A stretch of DNA of 63,926 bases, the filler included, from Choristocarpus tenellus KU-1152 (lineage: Eukaryota; Protista; Phaeophyceae): NCBI GenBank assembly GCA_964200185.2. It is 12 parts of 12 records of this genome, joined end to end, with 100 filler letters (N's around TTAATTAATTAA, not from the genome) between each part and the next. Parts side by side here need not be neighbours in the genome. Positions count along the whole stretch, not along the records: positions 54,167 to 61,042 come from CAXNAD020007162.1; positions 61,143 to 63,926 come from CAXNAD020024791.1; 10 more parts are not named here. The stretch is one strand, 5' to 3'. The first letter of the stretch is position 1, and each line of letters opens with the position of its first letter. This document shows positions 60,996 through 63,926 of the stretch, piece after piece. The position numbers and the translations under genes were made by a program. A model generated the notes under the pieces. It made no database searches. It saw only the letters and a program-made list of their open reading frames with translations, and was not told the DNA's origin.

Positions 60996-61042
60996 GGGTC
61001 AAAGTATCTGGGGGGGGGGGGAATCGGCGTCCGTTTTTCACC
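60996..61042. mobile_element. MITE family A terminus at contig end
   Basis: gggtcaaagtatctggggggggggggg, then degraded sequence and gap. Confidence 0.8.
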
Positions 61043-61142
61043 NNNNNNNNNNNNNNNNNNNNNNNNNNNNNNNNNNNNNNNNNNNNTTAATTAATTAANN
61101 NNNNNNNNNNNNNNNNNNNNNNNNNNNNNNNNNNNNNNNNNN
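61043..61142. other. Artificial contig linker 11
   Basis: N44-TTAATTAATTAA-N44. Confidence 0.98.
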
Positions 61143-61157
61143 ATGCTTGTCAGCAGA

Positions 61158-61337
61158 TGCTCGAAGCATCTGGGCTGGGGGGGGGGGGGTCTATACCAGG
61201 GTATCCATTCGGACCATAACCAGGAGAGGTGTACTGACATTATGCATCCGACGTATGCAACCAAATCACACAAAAATAGCGTCATGAAAAATGGGCCCCA
61301 AATGGTCAGCCGCCACCCCCCCCAGATACTTTGAGCA
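61158..61337. mobile_element. MITE family A, diverged near-full copy at contig start
   Basis: tgctcgaagcatctggg...G-tract-tctataccagggtatccatt ... caaatggtcagccgccacccccccccagatactttgagca; no clear TSD. Confidence 0.85.
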
Positions 61338-63926
61338 ATCCTTACAATGCAACTCTGGGTAGATCTCGTTTACTGTGACCCTCTTGTGTACTGTATGCTC
61401 CTTTACCCGTTCCCCACTGCCCACGGCAAGATATTATATGAAGATTGTTAGTTTGAATCAAGTTACGATCGGACTGGTAAAAAAGTGCAATTACTAGTAT
61501 GATGTACATATGTGCATAATATACATGTGTACATATATACATGTGCGAATAGTGTACAAGAGTCATCCCATCTCAGGGGATGGTGTCTTCAATAGTTTTT
61601 GGCACGTGGAATGGTTTCTAGTACATGCACATTTTAGCGCTCTGAATGATGATTTCACTTTCGCTTGGAAGATATTCCTGCTTCTCCTCTAAAGCTATTA
61701 CCTCCTAAGAGGATTTGGGTGCATTTCAGACTTTGGAATGGCCTATCACCGGCAGAAGCTTTTTATAGCCCTATGACCTCAAAGAGACCTAACTAAATAG
61801 GCCCTGGTCCAAGATAGGATGACCCTGAGTTTATTCTCACCAAGTATTAAAAAATGCATTTTTTTGTCCTCTAGAGTAGTCCCTGGTTTACCCTCACTCA
61901 GCTCAAAAAAATACTCAACACTCAAAAGCAGAGGAGGAGCAATATTTAGTCATCATTGAATATGTATACAGCTTGAATAATATTGTCTTCACTATAGTCA
62001 GGGCTATCTATCGCAAACCATAATCAGAGGGCACTACGAGTTGCACTATTTCTCATAATATTCTATTTTAACTCATTGGTGGGCAATGACTCATTGCACT
62101 ACCTCTGTTCGTACCTTGCTTCTCTTGCATTATATTCGGCCACCCCACTCCTTTCGCCCCGCCTCCTCCCTTGAATCTTCTTTGTCTAGGATCCGTCTCA
62201 ACATTGCCACCTTGATCTTCGTATGGAGTGTTTGTGACATAGGAAGAACGAAGACACAGATTTGAACCATTAATGTTACTATTAGCACCATCCAGAACAG
62301 TAATAGTGATATGAGACTACTACACTCACTAAAAAATACGCTACCAGTTGTGGTGATGTGTGCACCAGTTCCATTGACATCCTCCTACAGGACGAATCAG
62401 AGTTGGGAGGAGAGGGAGGGAGGAGAGGGGTCACCATTGGTACCCCCTTTTGAAGATCAGACTCTATTCGACATGGTGACGTCAGCAATTTGTCAAGGAT
62501 TACCGAGCAAGGGTCAAAATGAAGAGATCTACCATACGGTAGCTGATACAATCTGACTGGCGAATACGCCTTGCTACTATCCCTCCATTACTTCGGCAAC
62601 TTGTATTAGTGAGTAGGTACACATCATCTTCCTAGTATCGCCTCAAAAGTAATAATTGTTAGCGAGGACGACAGTATGTAAGCATGATAAAAAGACAGTG
62701 TTTTATTAGTACCTAGAAATGTGCTTCCTAGACAGATTGTTTTGCCTACTTTCTATAAGCTTGTTCTAAATTGTGTTAATATGTAGAGGCGTACAACAAA
62801 CCCGTTCTACCCACCCTATGAAATTGGATTACCAGAATCCAGTGAAAAGGAACCTGGCGTCGATAGAGTTTGAACTTAAGAAATTGACGGAGGAAAGTAA
62901 AGTTCTCCATACGCAAGAATCCTTAGAAGTTTAAGTCAGCATTATTTCGTAGTCGTTTCTTCCAACCACCAATAACCCTTCACTCTCTGACTGGACCTAA
63001 CGTAAAGGAATGAAAAGAGATAACGGACTACGAGGTCGAAGGTCAGTGGTATAAGGAAGCTTCAAAGGTGATCTGCCACCAGGAAGGTGATCACTGAAGA
63101 CTCTATTTTGTATTCAGAATCATCCTGACTGCTAAAAAGAGACCATTTGCTTAACACTACAAAGCTAGAAAGAAACCGAGGTGCGACGAGCCATGGTTTC
63201 ATCCAATAACAGGAAGTGAATTACTTTGATTTTGACAATTTAGGTCACTGGTTTGTTTCCACGTTACTCACATGATCCTACCAAAGCCGACTGATTGTGA
63301 CTGGGTCGTCTTCTCCCTGGATTTCACGCAATCCTACCCTAATTTATCCCTTGCTGAGGATGAGTGACAGCAAATTCTTGCAGCTGAATGGCGAAAGCCG
63401 TTAAGGGCATCTATAGCATCAATTTGCACTAGAATGGCACAAGGTGCTAAAGGGGGCAATAGTTGATGAATGGGTGGAATGTCAGCGAGTTCGACAACTC
63501 CCTGTACTTCTAAAGAAAGGCGAGCATGACCCGATCGAAATCTTTTGACTTTTGTGGACGATGTGTAACACTCTTGGAATAGAGACTCTCGAGGAGAAAT
63601 CGAAAGGATGAGAACCAGTCTGGGGAAAAGGCGCAAAGACAAGACTTTTGGACCTCACACAATTTAGTTGGGATGGCGATTAAGAGGAACTAATGAGGTA
63701 TATATCACTAAACTCGGGCCTATACACTGAAAATATTATAATTGAGGGGATGGAATCGATGGATTAGTCAACAGACTTTCTGAGTCATTCCACGCACTAT
63801 TCCAATAGACTCCTCCAACTGTAACGGATACAGTAGGTGCTCCGATTTTGTTCACCCATGGGCATGCCCAAAAAAAGTGGTACAGAATTGATGTGGTACA
63901 ATATCGTTTTTTTTTTAAACCGGGAA

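Noticed and set aside
1-63926. Prokaryotic defence system, operon, rRNA, tRNA or snRNA genes
   Set aside because: All recognisable genes are spliced eukaryotic genes. No structured RNA signature was seen by eye; tRNAscan-SE and Infernal would be needed to exclude them formally.

Overview
This is eukaryotic DNA and not one continuous locus. Twelve contigs are joined by eleven identical 100-bp artificial linkers (44 N + TTAATTAATTAA + 44 N), so nothing can be inferred across a linker. The gene content suggests a photosynthetic stramenopile, most likely a brown alga or close relative. Supporting signs are intron-rich GT-AG genes, a bipartite plastid-targeting presequence, a KRE6-like GH16, an ankyrin/TRP-like channel and TTAGGG repeats. 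Reading splice sites by hand gave two complete genes arranged head-to-head 161 bp apart: SLY1/SCFD1 (15 exons, 668 aa, + strand) and a plastid-targeted DUF3067 protein (6 exons, 235 aa, - strand). Partial genes are an ankyrin/TRP-like channel, a multi-IQ + p25-alpha (TPPP-like) protein, the C-terminus of an SLC4/BOR1-type anion transporter, a dual-specificity phosphatase first exon, a KRE6/SKN1-like GH16 and a few unknowns. Decayed Ty3/Gypsy (chromodomain) and Ty1/Copia relics are also present. The clearest unexplained structure is a pair of related MITE families, about 180 bp (A) and about 255 bp (B), with about 18 full or partial copies. They share a terminal AAAGTATCT inverted repeat and a subterminal GTCCATTTGG motif, mostly make 3-bp TSDs and nest inside one another. 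Family A carries poly-G/poly-C arms at which many contigs break. Other oddities are a 22-bp tandem array of 5' splice-site copies in a SLY1 intron and short interstitial telomeric tracts, one apparently grown out of a 72-bp minisatellite unit. All family assignments come from motif recognition by eye; no searches were run.
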